DNA of 64,000 nt from Octopus vulgaris. Taxonomy: Eukaryota. The stretch lies in contig OX597819.1 in assembly GCA_951406725.2 (NCBI GenBank), forward strand, positions 34,844,001-34,908,000, read 5' to 3'. The notes under the pieces are model-generated. The model searched no databases. It worked only from the letters and a program-made list of their open reading frames with translations, and was not told the DNA's origin. Positions within the stretch are counted from its first letter, which is position 1, and each line of letters opens with the position of its first letter. Position numbers and translations under genes: made by a program. Shown in pieces: positions 37,287 through 50,199 of the stretch.

Positions 37287-39016
37287 TCATCATCATCATC
37301 ATCATCGTTTAACGTCCGTTCTCCATGCTAGCATGGGTTGGACGGTTCGACCGGGGATCTGGGAAGCCAGAAGGCTGCACCAGGCTCCAGTCTTATCTGG
37401 CAATGTTTCTACAGCTGGATGCCCTTCCTAACGCCAACCACTCCTTCCTAACGCCAACCACTATATATATATATATATATATATATGTCACATAAAAAGC
37501 ACCATCCGAACGTGGCCGTTGCCAGCGCCGCCCCGACTGATCGAACCAAATATCAATGGAAACAGTAGTTGTGATACCTGTGCCGGTGACACATAAAAAG
37601 CACCATCCGAACGTGGCCGTTGCCAGTGCAGCCTCCACTGGCTTCTGTGCCGGTGGCACATAAAAAGCACCATCCAAACGTGACCGATGCCAACCCCGCC
37701 TCGAATGGCTTCTGTGCCGGTGGCACATGAACATCGAACCAAATATCAATGGAAACAGTAGTTGTGATACCTATGCCGGTGACACATAAAAAGCACCATC
37801 CGAACAGCCGTTGCCAGTGCAGCCTCCAGTTGCTTCTGTGCCGGTGGCACATAAAAAGCACCATCCGAACGTGACCGATGCCAACCCCGCCTCGAATGGC
37901 TTCTGTGCCGGTGGCACATAAAAAGCACCATCCGAACATGGCCGATGCCAGCACTGCCCCGACTGGCTTCTGTGCCGGTGGCACATAAAAAGCACCATCC
38001 GAGCGTGGCCAACGCCAGCACCGCCTCGACTGGCTTCTGGGCCGGTGACACATAAAAAGCACCAACCGATCGTGGGATCCCGGAACATTTCGCTGTGCTT
38101 GAGGAGACCTGTTGAGTCAAGTGCATGTACATGAACTTCGAACCAAATATCAATGGAAACAGTAGTTGTGATACCTGTGCCGGTGACACATAAAAAGCAC
38201 CATCCGAATGTGGCCGTTGCCAGTGCAGCCTCCACTGGCTTCTGTGCCGGTGGCACATAGAAAGCACCATCCGAACGGCTTCTGTGCCAGTGGCACATAA
38301 AAAGCACCATCCAAACGTGGCCGATGCCAGCACCGCCCCGACTGGCTTCTGTGCCGGTGACACATAAAAAGCACCATCCGAACGTGGCCGACGCCAGCAC
38401 CGCCTCGACTGGCTTCTGTGCCGGTGGCACATAAAAAGCACCAACCGATCGTGGGATCCCGGAACATCTCGCTGTGCTTGAGGAGACCTGTTGAGTCAAG
38501 TGCATGTACATGAACATCGAACCAAATATCAATGAAAACAGTAGCTGTGATACCTGTGCCGGTGGCACATAAAAAGCACCATCCGAACGTGACCGATGCC
38601 AACCCTGCCTCGAATGGCTTCTGTGCCGGTGGCACATATAAAGCACCATCCGAATGTGGCCGATATCAGCACCGCCCCGACTGGCTTCTGTGCCGGTGGC
38701 ACATAAAAAGCACCATCCGAACGTGGCCGATGCCAGCGCCGCCTTGACTGGCTTCTGTGCCGGTGGTACATAAAAAGGCACCAACCGGTCGTGGCCGATG
38801 CCAGACCCCTCTGGCACCTGTGCAGGTGGCACGTAAAAAGCACCCACTACACTCGCGAAGTGGTTGGCGTTAGGAAGGGCATCCAGCTGTAGAAACACTG
38901 CCAGATCAGACTGGAGCCTGGGGCAGCCCCTGGCTCCCCAGACCCCGGTCGAACCGTCCAACCCGTGCTAGCGCAGAAAACGGACGTTAAACGATGATGA
39001 TGATGATGATGATGAT
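37287..39016. mobile_element. RTE 3'-UTR-derived ~60-bp minisatellite array with higher-order repeats, bracketed by inverted RTE tails
   Basis: About 18 units of tgtgccggt(g/a)gcacataaaaagcaccatccgaacgtg at ~37487-38835. RTE tail on - at 37287-37460 and on + at 38830-39016. Confidence 0.9.
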
Positions 39017-39019
39017 ATT

Positions 39020-39509
39020 AGAAATATTGAATTTCTAAATGTCTCAGAGAGACATAAGCGTGGTGAAGCGATATAGTGGTCGTATACTGTCGACTCAGTG
39101 TGATAGTCCCGTAAGGGAATTACACTACCGCGATTTAGCCCGAGGAAACATCAACGTTTCCTGTCGGCTTTGACACCTTTTCTGTGTCCTTATATTTGCA
39201 AAGGGGAGGCAATCACCTGAAAACATATGTTTCTGAGTGTATTACTCATCGTCAGTTCAGGGTAGCCTGCCTCGCTCGCTGAGATGACCGCAACCTCTCT
39301 GCAAATATATCCTATTATCAGTAAAATTTATTTACTGATCACCGAAATAAGAAATATTGAATTTCTAAATGTCTCAGAGAGACATACAGAAAATGTGTCA
39401 AAGCCGACAGGTGATGTCGATGTTTCCTAGGGCTAAATGGCGTAGGTGTAATTCCCTTACGGGACTGACACACTGAGTCGACAGTATACGACCACCACCG
39501 CTTATGTCT
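39020..39509 (-). mobile_element. Retrozyme-like / non-autonomous Penelope-like element: 330-bp monomer with 37-bp terminal redundancy plus an inverted partial copy
   Basis: Direct repeat agaaatattgaatttctaaatgtctcagagagacata at 39020 and 39350. Bases ~39386-39509 are the reverse complement of ~39050-39186. Contains a hammerhead. Confidence 0.75.
39216..39261 (-). ncRNA. Minimal type I hammerhead ribozyme
   Basis: The - strand reads CCUGAA CUGACGA UGAGU aauac ACUCA GAA AC auau GU U UUCAGG. Stem I is 6 bp, the core is intact, stem II is 5 bp, stem III is short and palindromic (CAUAUG), and the cleavage triplet is GUU. Confidence 0.85.
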
Positions 39510-39579
39510 ACGATCCAGGCTGTCCTGCGATCCAAGCTTCTATGTGAAGCTGATGCAGGAAACAGCCATGAATTCACAT

Positions 39580-39700
39580 TATTTGTCGAGTCTTCGCAGT
39601 CACAGCATATCTCCAGAGGTCTTGGTCTTTTGTCATTGCCTCTGTGAGGCCCAATGTTCGAAGGTCATGCTTGACCACCTCATCCCATGTCTTCCAGGGT
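39580..39700 (-). mobile_element. RTE ORF2 C-terminal fragment
   Basis: The - strand reads PWKTWDEVVKHDLRTLGLTEAMTKDQDLWRYAV, homologous to ~23370-23470. Confidence 0.75.
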
Positions 39701-40151
39701 CCCATTGCCGCTGACCCCTACAACCTTCAGCTTGTGCAGACCTTAAATCTAGTTAAAAAGCAAAAGTCTAAAACGTACTGTGAAGATATGCAAGAGAAAC
39801 TTGAAGATGGCAACTTTGAAAAACCATCTTGTTTTCAGCGACAAGGCCACATTCCATACAAATGGCAAAGTGAACATGCAAAATGTTCACATTTGGGGCA
39901 AAGAAAATCCACATGACACAGTTGAACATGAAAGTGACTCACCAAAAGTGAATGTGTTCTAGACCATCTCAAAGAACTGTGTTAACTTTGGAACATTACA
40001 AAATTATCATCTCACAGAATTTTTCATTGGAAATCTGTAGAAATAAAACTTATGTTCAAAATTAAGCCTATGAAGTTTCATTTCATTTGACCATGCAGTC
40101 ACTTCGGTATGGACATCTCAAAGGATGTCAAAATTTTTGGCACACCCTGTA
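39700..40151 (+). mobile_element. Tc1/mariner-superfamily (rosa/DD41D-like) transposase remnant with right end
   Basis: PYNLQLVQTL...LVFSDKATFHTNGKVNMQNVHIWGKENPH...DSPKVNV. The terminus is ...tttttggcacaccctgTA. Confidence 0.75.
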
Positions 40152-40157
40152 TGTATG

Positions 40158-40198
<41 letters not shown>

Positions 40199-40207
<9 letters not shown>

Positions 40208-40338
40208 GTATAGGAAAGAATGGAGCTGAGCAAAGATTTAACAAAATTCCTTTATTTTATTTTCGAGATGTCGAAAATAAAATAATGGAACTTTGTTAAA
40301 TCTTCGTTCAGCTCCATTCTTTCCTATACTTAATATAT
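40199..40338. repeat. Near-perfect ~140-bp palindrome
   Basis: atattaagtataggaaagaatggagctga...ttttcga-gatg-tcgaaaa...tcagctccattctttcctatacttaatat. Confidence 0.92.
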
Positions 40339-41294
40339 TAAATTAAACTTCAAATTTCTGCACTAAGGCACGGAGTTTATGCCCTATGGTCGTAACTTCA
40401 ACCGTGCTTTTTCTGTTGTGAGTTTGCTACCCAGGTATCGGTTATCTTTCGAATTATCCGCAATAAGATAAGTCATTTGTCTACTTAAATAATATATATA
40501 TATATATACACATACACACACACACATAACGGGCTTCTTTCAGTTTCCATCTACCAAATCCTCTCACAAGGCTTTGGTCAGCCTGAGGTTATAGTAGAAT
40601 ATACTTGCTCAAGATGCTACGAAGTGGAACTGAACCTGGAACCATGTGGTTTGGAAGAAAGCTTCTTTCCAAGCAGCCATGCCTGCACCTATAATAGATA
40701 TGAATACTTCAGGGAAAAGAGAATTTCCAGTACCCATTGAACATTCTTTATTTGAACTAAAGACTTTCCCATTCTATTATATAACAACATGCAATCACCC
40801 CCACTCCACCCAAATGTATAATGGCGTCTAGCTGAGTAATTCTTTCCCCAGTGGACAATGGATAACATCAAGTTATTGATTTAGCAGCTACCCTTCCACC
40901 ACATCACTTCACGTATTGATGTTATTCACAAAACATCACTAATTCAACATTTTTAAATATCACACTTTGTTCTCATTACTGACTGCTTTTTTCATGTCAG
41001 TGTGTGTGTATGTGTGTGTGTGGTGTGTGCGTGCATGCGGGCATGTGTGCATGTGTGTGTACATGCATGTGTGTGCATGCACATGCATGTAATCATGTGT
41101 GTGTTTGATAGTGTGTGTGTATGCACGTGTGTGTGTGTTTGTGTGTGCATACATGTGTGTGTATGTATATATTTATATGCTTCGGAATAAAGAGTTAGTC
41201 AAATATAGAGCATAATATAAAATTATATAAATGACAAAGGAGCAAGAAATTATGCAAAGATCTTCATTAGCTTACAGTTGTCTAAACAAAATAT

Positions 41295-41595
41295 TGATCT
41301 CAAATTTTGGCACAAGGCCAGCAATTTTTGAGGAGAAGGTAAGTCAGTTACATTGACCCTAGTGCTCAATTGGTATTTATTTTATCAACTTCGAAAAGAT
41401 GAAAGACAAAGTCAACCTCAACAAAATTTGAACTCCGAACATAAAGACAGATGAAATGCTAAGCGTTTTATCCGGTGTGCTAACAATTCTGCCAGCTCGC
41501 TGCCTCTTTTTATATTCTGGCACAAGGCTAGCCAGTTGGGAGAAGCGGGTAAATTGATTACATCAACCCTGGTACTCAACTGGTACTTATTTTAT
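41295..41595 (-). mobile_element. SINE family B copy plus partial copy
   Basis: caaattttggcacaaggcc...aatttgaactccgaac...aattctgccagctcgc. Confidence 0.75.
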
Positions 41596-41642
41596 CTTAT
41601 GGTGGATGTTAAACAATGATGATGATGATGATAATATATATA

Positions 41643-42064
41643 CTCTTTTACTCTTTTACTCTTTTACTTGTTTCAGTCATTTGACTGCGGTCATGCTGGA
41701 GCACTGCCTTTAATCGAGCAACTCGACCCCGGGACTTATTTGTTTGTAAGCCCAGTACTTATTATATCGGTCTCTTTTGCCGAACCGCTAAGTAACGGGG
41801 ACGTAAACACACCAGCATCGGTTGTCAAGCAATGCTAGGGGGACAAACACAGACACACAAACATACACGCACACACACATATATATATATACATATATAC
41901 GACGGGTTTCTTTCAGTTTCCGTCTACCAAATCCACTCACAAGGCATTGGTCGGCCTGGGGCTATAGCAGAAGAAACTTGCCCAAGGTGCCACGCAGTGG
42001 GACTGAACCCGGAACCATGTGGTTGGTTAGCAAGCTACTTACCACACAGCCACTCCTGCGCCTA
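41643..42064 (-). mobile_element. SINE family A, full-length and well preserved
   Basis: The - strand head reads ggcgcaggagtggctgtgtggtaag...gggttcagtccc. It has a CORE-like ccttgggcaagt segment, a (gtaaaaga)n tail and retained CpGs. Confidence 0.92.
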
Positions 42065-43444
42065 TATGCATGTGAAATGTAGCCAAATTGGTTTGGGGTT
42101 TGCATGGCATCTTGGGCATGGCATCTTGGGCAAGTGTTTTGGATTGCCTTGTGAGTAAAAGTAAGTAGAGGAGAAACTGTATGGAAGCCTGCCAGACAGA
42201 CTGTGCCTGTCATTCAAAAAGACAGCTCTCAAAAAGACATACATATCTTAAGGAACATACATACATTATGATTCATTATTCTTAGACATAATACTCTATA
42301 TACAATATGTCACTCCAACATTCCTTATAACAAAAGAAGCCCTAACCATCATAACCACCACCACCTGTCCAGTGTTGCTGTGTCTCTATAAAAGGTCATG
42401 ATATTTCTTCTCTGTGTTCTCTAGAGGGATCTCAATTCCTTGAAACTAGATGTTATCTCATGTTATCTCTAATCAACCACTCTTCTTATCTCCCATATTG
42501 TATCCACCCTTTTTCCAGGCACCCCATCTATCATTATTCACAGTCTTTCGTTCCCAGGTTCCCAGTCCTCTGGAATAAATTCTCTGTACATATTTTCTAG
42601 TAGCTACCAATTTGCATAAATAACAGGATATTGTTAATCACATGTATTTTATCAGTCTTGGAGAACCTATGAGGACCATGTGTACACCCTCTTTCTCCAG
42701 ACAAAACCAATGAAAATATATGAATTTCAAAAATCTGCTTCAACCTGTCCTTCCCTTAAATATAGCTTCAACCATAGTAGAAAATGTTTCTGTTGGCCAG
42801 TAAACATTTTCCAAGTTGCAGGTACCATAAATTTTTTAACAAGAATAAAACAAAGGTTAGTTATAGCTGTACATACAACCAAAACGTGTCCTCCAGATGT
42901 AACTGTAACAATTCAATACTATGCCTACTGAGTGATAATTGTTTAAACAAAATAACTAATATCTAAGGAAAATTTTACTGCAAAAGGGAAACCCCAATAA
43001 CACTAAATCAACACAATGAGTACATTGTTCAAAACTAGGTACATGTAATATATGCATTATTTCTGGAATGTACATATATAACAGAAATGTGGGGACTTTA
43101 TGGCATGATATTTGAAGCTAAAAGAAAGTATGTATAAACATAAAAATAATGTTGGCAATAATGATGATATTCTATATGTAGATGGTTCTAGGAAGTGCTC
43201 GTTATATGTTGTGGTAAAATTTAACATTATCATGCAATAACTGAAGTGGTGTACTGACAGAATCATTATCATGCTGGGCAAAATGATTAATAGCATTTCA
43301 GATGCATTTATGTTCTGAGTTCAAATTCTACCAAGATCAACTTTACCTGTCATCCTTTCAGGGTCAATAAATTACCAGTCAAACACTGGAGTTGATGTAA
43401 TCAACAAGACCCTCTCCCCAAAATTTCAGGTCTTGTGCAAATAT

Positions 43445-44470
43445 CAGGCCGAGTAAAAAGTAAGCAATGTTTTGAAACATGAAATTTCACCAATGCAGAA
43501 ATTTTATTCATCAAAGTAAGTGCCATTATTATCAACACATTTTTGCCAACGAGTTACAAGTTTGTTTATTCCAGTAATATAATAATCTGGAGTTATGGAG
43601 CTTATAAACTCTTTGAATGCACTTTCAGCATCAGTTTGATTTTTTTAACTCCTTCTCTCATGGAAACCATCAAGGTGCTTGAGAAAGTGGTAGTTGGTAG
43701 AAGAAAAGTCTGGGGAATAAGATGGGTGGGGAAGGAGTTCATAGCCAAGTTCCCTCAACTTCTAGAGCATCATTAATAAAATGTGTCATCAAGCATTGTC
43801 ATGAAGAATGATTGGCCCTCTTCTGTTGACCATCTGGGGTGGAAGAATAGCAGTTTTTTGTTCATTTTGGCTATGTTATGGAAAAGATGTGACTAGCAAA
43901 TTTCATATCTGCACATTTTCTTATTTTCATTCAAATCGTGTGGTACCCATTTTCTGAGCACATGCAAATGGTTGCTGGCTGTTTTCTGGCTAACTTGAAG
44001 TGTGTTTTTTTTTTTTGCCAGTCCTTGGGTGGTTTTACATGGATCTTTCTCAATTAATGGATCTTTAATCAATGGATCTTTAATTAACTGTCCTCAATGA
44101 CAGATGGGCGTCCACTACACTCACAATCTTCAAGGCTCAAGTCTCCACTGCGAAATCGTTTAAGCCATTTTCAAGCTGACCACTCACTGGTCATTTCCTC
44201 ACCAAATGTTTCATTGATATCGCAAGCAGTTTCAGCTGCTTTATATCCTGTTTTGAAGTTGAATAGCAAAATTGCTTGAATATCACGCTATGACAGGTCC
44301 ATTTGAGATGATTGTGACAACGGTGAATGTTAATTTATTGATTCATTTGGGTAAATCTATGTCTGTATTATCAGACAATTACAAAAGAATGTTTAAAAAA
44401 TTTCATGCTCTGCAAAATCCAAGACAAATTCTTCATAGTTCAAAACGTTGCTTACTTTTTACTCAGCCTG
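43445..44470 (-). mobile_element. Mariner transposon relic with both TIRs
   Basis: TIRs caggccgagtaaaaagtaagcaatgttttgaa and ttcaaaacgttgcttactttttactcagcctg. The - strand carries remnants NQSFFMTML and PHPSYSPDFSSTNYHF plus an N-terminal HTH. Confidence 0.88.
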
Positions 44471-44945
44471 CTAGTAGAAAGGATTATAACGCAACAACTG
44501 TACTACTCAGAAGGAAAATTAAGATGATGTTTCAATGTAGGCATCAAAATAGATTTGTGTTCAAAAACTGATCCCAAATGCTGAAAGGATAAATATCCAA
44601 AGATGACAGAATAGTGACAGTGTAGTAGAGAGATTGTATGATAGTAGTAACCATAAAGAACTATACTTGATTGACATAATAGCTATAAACACTCTCCTTA
44701 TCCCACACATGCAGTCAATGAGCAATGAAAATGATAGGTAGAATGTGTTCACCAACAAATGTAGCAGTCTGAATATTTTGTACATTCAGCAGAGAGATCA
44801 TGAAGTGTAAAACTCAAGTAGTGATCAAACTCTCAGTTTAAATATGCCTTTTTATATTATCATAAAATAAAAAGTTTTAGGTGTTGGTTAAAGAAAGCTT
44901 GCAAATTGATTGTTATATTTATTGACAATATTATATCTATCAATA

Positions 44946-45307
44946 TCTATAAATCTGAAATACGAAAAGTTTGTTTGTTTGTCTGGTTTTGGCATTGGAA
45001 TGGGTTAAAGGGCACTAGATCCCGTCGGATTCACTCCAAAATTTACAGGAACATGTAAAAAGAGGCGAGGATGTGAGTGGGCTAGAAATCCCTATCTCAA
45101 AAGCTGTGGTTACCAGGGAAAGCTGTGGTTACTAGGGAAAAAACCCACACTTTGACAAGTGTTTGTCGTTTCTCTCTTTCTCTTATCTGCCTGTCTTCCT
45201 CCGTCTCTCTCTTTCCTCCCTTCCCTTCACTTTCTGTCTATAACGACGTTTGACAGCTTCCACTCTCTTTCCCCCGCCACTTCGCCAGTGCTGTCACTCT
45301 TTTTCCC

Positions 45308-45361
<54 letters not shown>

Positions 45362-45524
45362 TCTCTCATCTGTCTGCATTCATAGAGAGAATTATTATTG
45401 CCACAACCACCACACAATCATGAGAACAAATATTATGAATCAGATATTTATTGGGTTAATTTATATGTGTGTGTGTTTATCTATATACAAATATGTATAT
45501 ATACAAAGTGTATATATCTGTATT

Positions 45525-45555
<31 letters not shown>

Positions 45556-45624
45556 ATATAATTTGTATACATTTGCATATATAATGCGTACACACACATA
45601 TAATGCGTATATATGTATGTATAT

Positions 45625-45661
<37 letters not shown>

Positions 45662-45675
45662 CATTTATATATATC

Positions 45676-45741
<66 letters not shown>

Positions 45742-46623
45742 GTGCATTATGTGGTCGGTTGAGCTGAAAATATGCACACCTATGTTAAAAGTGCTGGCAA
45801 GTTTGCATGGCAACTATTTTTTTCCTCAAATGAAAGGCGTGACCTCTAGGACAAAATACCTCATCTTTTAAAATGTGGCCCGAGTAGACCCGAATGAAAT
45901 CAGGTTATATTAACCAAAATGTGAAAAGGGGTCTAAATGGGGCTGGAAGGGGATTAAAATTTACAAGAACGGGTGTTTAGGAATTCTCTGTTACATCAAG
46001 CTAAAAAATTTGCGCCAGCCTTCAAATCGTCAATGTGTTGCCGTCCATCATGAAGAAGTTTTGAATGCCTGCCATGGTGAATCTACTGTTGTGAGAAAGA
46101 ATCACTTCAAAACTTGGTGTTTAGGAATTTTCTTTTACATCAAGTTCAACCAGCCATTAAACTGCCAGTACGTTGCTGTCTGTCATTAAGAAACGCCAGC
46201 CATGGTGAGTCTACGATCCTTCACTTCTATCCCTTCAAACTTTGGTTTCCAATATTTTAAAAATTTTTATTCAGCTCGCAAGTTCGTCTGTCCCTTTTAA
46301 ATGTTAGTGTTTTGCTGTCCGCCTTGAAACAGACCTTTCCGTTGTCACTGCCTAATATTCATGATTGATCTTTCAAAATATTTTCTTTCTCAACTTACTC
46401 AAGATCTTTTGTTCTTTATAAATGGGAGAGAGATAGAGAGAGAAACATAGAGAGTAAGAGAAAGCAAGGGAGAGTCCGAGAGAAAGGAAGAGTAAGAGAG
46501 TGGGAAAGTGAGAAAGGAGAGAGAAACAAAGAGGGAGAATGTGGTGATAAGAAACAGAAAGGAAGCAACAGAAAGTAACAAGCACACACTCACCCGCATA
46601 TAGAGCAGATCACCTTCAGCTAG
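44946..46623 (+). mobile_element. Non-autonomous Helitron
   Basis: 5' TCTATAAATC followed by a (TTTG) tract. 3' degenerate hairpin and CTAG at 46620-46623. Confidence 0.6.
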
Positions 46624-47072
46624 TCTATATATATAAAACTGAGAATGTGTGTCTGTCTGTCTGTGTGAATCCCTAAAACTTGAGAACTACACAACCAATT
46701 TCATTCAAATTTTACACATGCCTTACTTAGGGTCCATGGAGTGTCATGGGAAAAACAAATTTTTAACTTCTTGCCTAGGGTGAGCCCACAGCAATATCAT
46801 ATCTTCTCTACTATTTCAGTATTACGTGTCAAAAGTGAAAGAAAAACATCTCTCTATTGTAATGTCAGATACTTTCACTTTAATACTGAAACTATTAAAA
46901 TGAAACTATTATATAACAGGGATGAACTGTAACTGGACATCCATTCTGCTAGAAGAAGATCCACTATGGTCTTATATGCTACACCACTGGTTTTAAATTC
47001 ATACTAATCAAATTAATATTCAATTTTTACCCATATTATTTTAAATCTAAATTTATATATATATATAGATGT

Positions 47073-47150
<78 letters not shown>

Positions 47151-47281
47151 GGTTGTATATATATACATGTATACATATGGATGTATATATATACATGTAT
47201 ATATATAGATGTATATGTATACATGTATATGCATACATGTATTTCTATAGATATAGATGTATATGCATGCATGTATGTGTA

Positions 47282-47334
<53 letters not shown>

Positions 47335-47836
47335 GCATACATATGTACACCCATACACACATACACACACACATACACACACACATACACACACACACAT
47401 ATACATACACACACACACACACACACACATACATAGGTGCAGGTGTGGCTGTGTGGTAACAAACTTGGTTCCAAAACACATGGTCCTGAGTTCAGTCCCA
47501 CTGTGTGGTAACTTGGCATGTGTCTTCTGCTACATCCTCAGACCAATCAAAGCCTTGTCAGTGGATTTTGTAAACAGAAACTGAAAGAAATCAATTGTAT
47601 ATATATATGTATGTATGTATATATGTAAATCTATGTGTGTGCCTTTGTGTTTCTCCCTTATCACTGCTTCACAAGTGGTATTCGTTTATTAACATCCCCA
47701 TAACTTATTGGTTTCACAAGAAGAAACTGATAGAATAAGTACCAGGCTTATGAAAATTAAAAAAGACACTAGGCAGTGTCTCATATTTTTGTTTGCCCAC
47801 TCAGTTGTATCTATCAATTTATATTTGTGTGTGTGT

Positions 47837-47868
<32 letters not shown>

Positions 47869-47872
47869 GTGG

Positions 47873-47956
<84 letters not shown>

Positions 47957-49583
47957 ATTTCGTAGACAAGAACTGAAACAAATCAATTGTATATATATAT
48001 GTAAGTGTATGTGTGTCTTTGTCTCTGTGTTTCGCCCTCATCACTGCTTCAAAACTACTGTTCATTTATTTACATACCCATAACTTACTGGTTTCACAAG
48101 AACAAACTAATAGAATAAGTGCCAGGCTTATCAACATAAAAAAAGCACTATGCTGTGTCTCATATCTTTGTTTGCCCGCTCAGTTGTATCTATCAATTTA
48201 CCTTTGTATGTGTGTGTGAGGTATGTATCTATATCTATATCTATCTATATATATATATATATATACATAACACCCTAATGGGGGCCTTAACTCCCAAATT
48301 TTAGTAATTTCTTTTATGATTCAAAACTAGGCCAAAATTACTGAATGGATCTTTATGAAATTTGGAAATTATACTCTATGCATAAGGGCCATAACCCCTA
48401 TGACAATTCATATATTTTTGCTGTTGATGAAATTTTAACCACAGATATTAGACACAAATGAAGTAATATTTATAAAATTTCATCATAAGTTAGAAAGACC
48501 CCTCCATGGGGACTTAACACCCACAATTTTGTCATTTTATCTAAGCAAAGACAAATACAGTTGTACTCTTGGAAGCTGTAGGGTTACCCGAGCATAAAAG
48601 ATGAGCAATATTTGTAATTCAACAGTACAACAGTGTAACACTTTGCTTTAACATACACTTACATTGTGATTTCTTCAATGTGGTGCATAAATTGTCAAGT
48701 AAATGAGAGGCATCTTTGCCTCCACTGATTCAGTTGCAAAATATTGAGTAAAGTTATTTGATTGCAGACCTCCTTTCAGTCTTTTTATTATCACTGGGTC
48801 ACACATAGTCTCCAGATGGTAACATTGATTTCAAGGCCTTCCCAGATAAGTAACTGGTTATTCAAAGACATTTATAGATTGTAAATTTATTCTGTCCAGT
48901 TATGTATCAGTATAGTGGTCATTTGCAAACTCCAGAGGTGACACTTTCATTTCTCGTTAGCCCTCACATCACACAGTTGTTAATGTTTATTTCAGTTGGG
49001 TCACACCCTTCCAATTGCTATAGATTTGTAATGCATCTTACGGCTCTGCCTGTCACCTGGATGGTGAGGAATCCTACATTGGGAGTGGTAACGACTAGGG
49101 TAGGGTAGCTGACTGCTTATTGTGATCATTCATCTTTTGGTTTCCTGTAGCTTTGCTCTTTTTTACAAACCCAGTGAACATATATTTCCTATTTCAAAGA
49201 AATTCAAACAATAGATATAAGACCCAAGTTAAAAAAGATTCTCAACAATTCAACTTCTCTGGTTGACATTAAGATGCCCACCCACAACAGGGGCCTTAAC
49301 TCTCACATTTTAGTGCTCTATGACCATCATTTTTCAGGTGCAAAATCCTTTAAACAGGTTCAATAAGACTGGAATTTTGGAATATGCGCATAAAAATCAG
49401 TAGTATGGGATTCATGTGGCACGAGTACAATTTTTTTAGGATGTGTAAAGAGGGAAATAACCCTCATCTGCAATTTTGATGAAATTCGAAACATAGATAT
49501 TCCAGTTCATTACAGAAAATATAACAGAAAAGTCTAATTCTTCAATTGCATGTAAAACAGGCAATGCCGGGTATCTCTGCTAG
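46624..49583 (+). mobile_element. Non-autonomous Helitron directly abutting the previous one, with nested SINEs and microsatellites
   Basis: 5' tctatatatataaaactgagaatgtgtgtctgtctg and 3' caggcaatgccgggtatctctgCTAG (49580-49583). Both ends resemble the element at 1995-2387. Confidence 0.7.
47433..48215 (+). mobile_element. SINE family A copy with a local duplication of its 3' half and flank
   Basis: ~47560-47830 is repeated at ~47953-48215 across a (TA)n tract. Confidence 0.75.
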
Positions 49584-50199
49584 TATATATATATATTTAC
49601 ATTTCAAAATGGCCACCCTTTGCTTTCACTGTAGCCCTTAATCTTTTGCAACTGGAGTGCATGACTTATTATATTTAAATAATGGATAAATGTATATGCT
49701 GCACCCGGTATATATACATGTATGCATAAGTGCATATGTGTGTGTGGATAAGAAATCATATATGAGTGTGTGTTTGTGAATATGTGTGTGTGTGTGTGTG
49801 TGTGTGTTCTTATGTGTGCATGTGTGCATGAAAGTAATTTGAGATTATGATTCTGGTGTATTTGTTATGGATATATAACAAGTGTGTCTGTGTATATTTT
49901 AATGAATAACTATTTTTGTGTATAAATGTTCACTGTAACTACCTCGTAGCCTGAAATAGAAAACTTGGTGTTTTTCACCCTTTCCATGCTCTTGTAGAGA
50001 AAAGTGATTGAGAAATTTGAAAGAATTATATAAAGCGAAACTTGATTTATGCTCCACAAATGAAAACGGTGAGAATATGAGAGAAATATTTCAACTAAAA
50101 CGATAGGCAAAGTTATTCTCAACAAACACAAACTCTTAGAATTTCATCAATCATCAATAAGCAGCCATTCAAATACACTATTTAAGTAGTTTTGCAACA

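Noticed and set aside
37487-38835. CRISPR array
   Set aside because: The spacer-like segments are reused and related to each other, there are no cas genes, the context is eukaryotic, and the array is continuous with an RTE 3' UTR.
37771-38961. 396-aa ORF and overlapping long ORFs
   Set aside because: They are open in several frames only because the minisatellite lacks stops on that strand, and the translation is repetitive.
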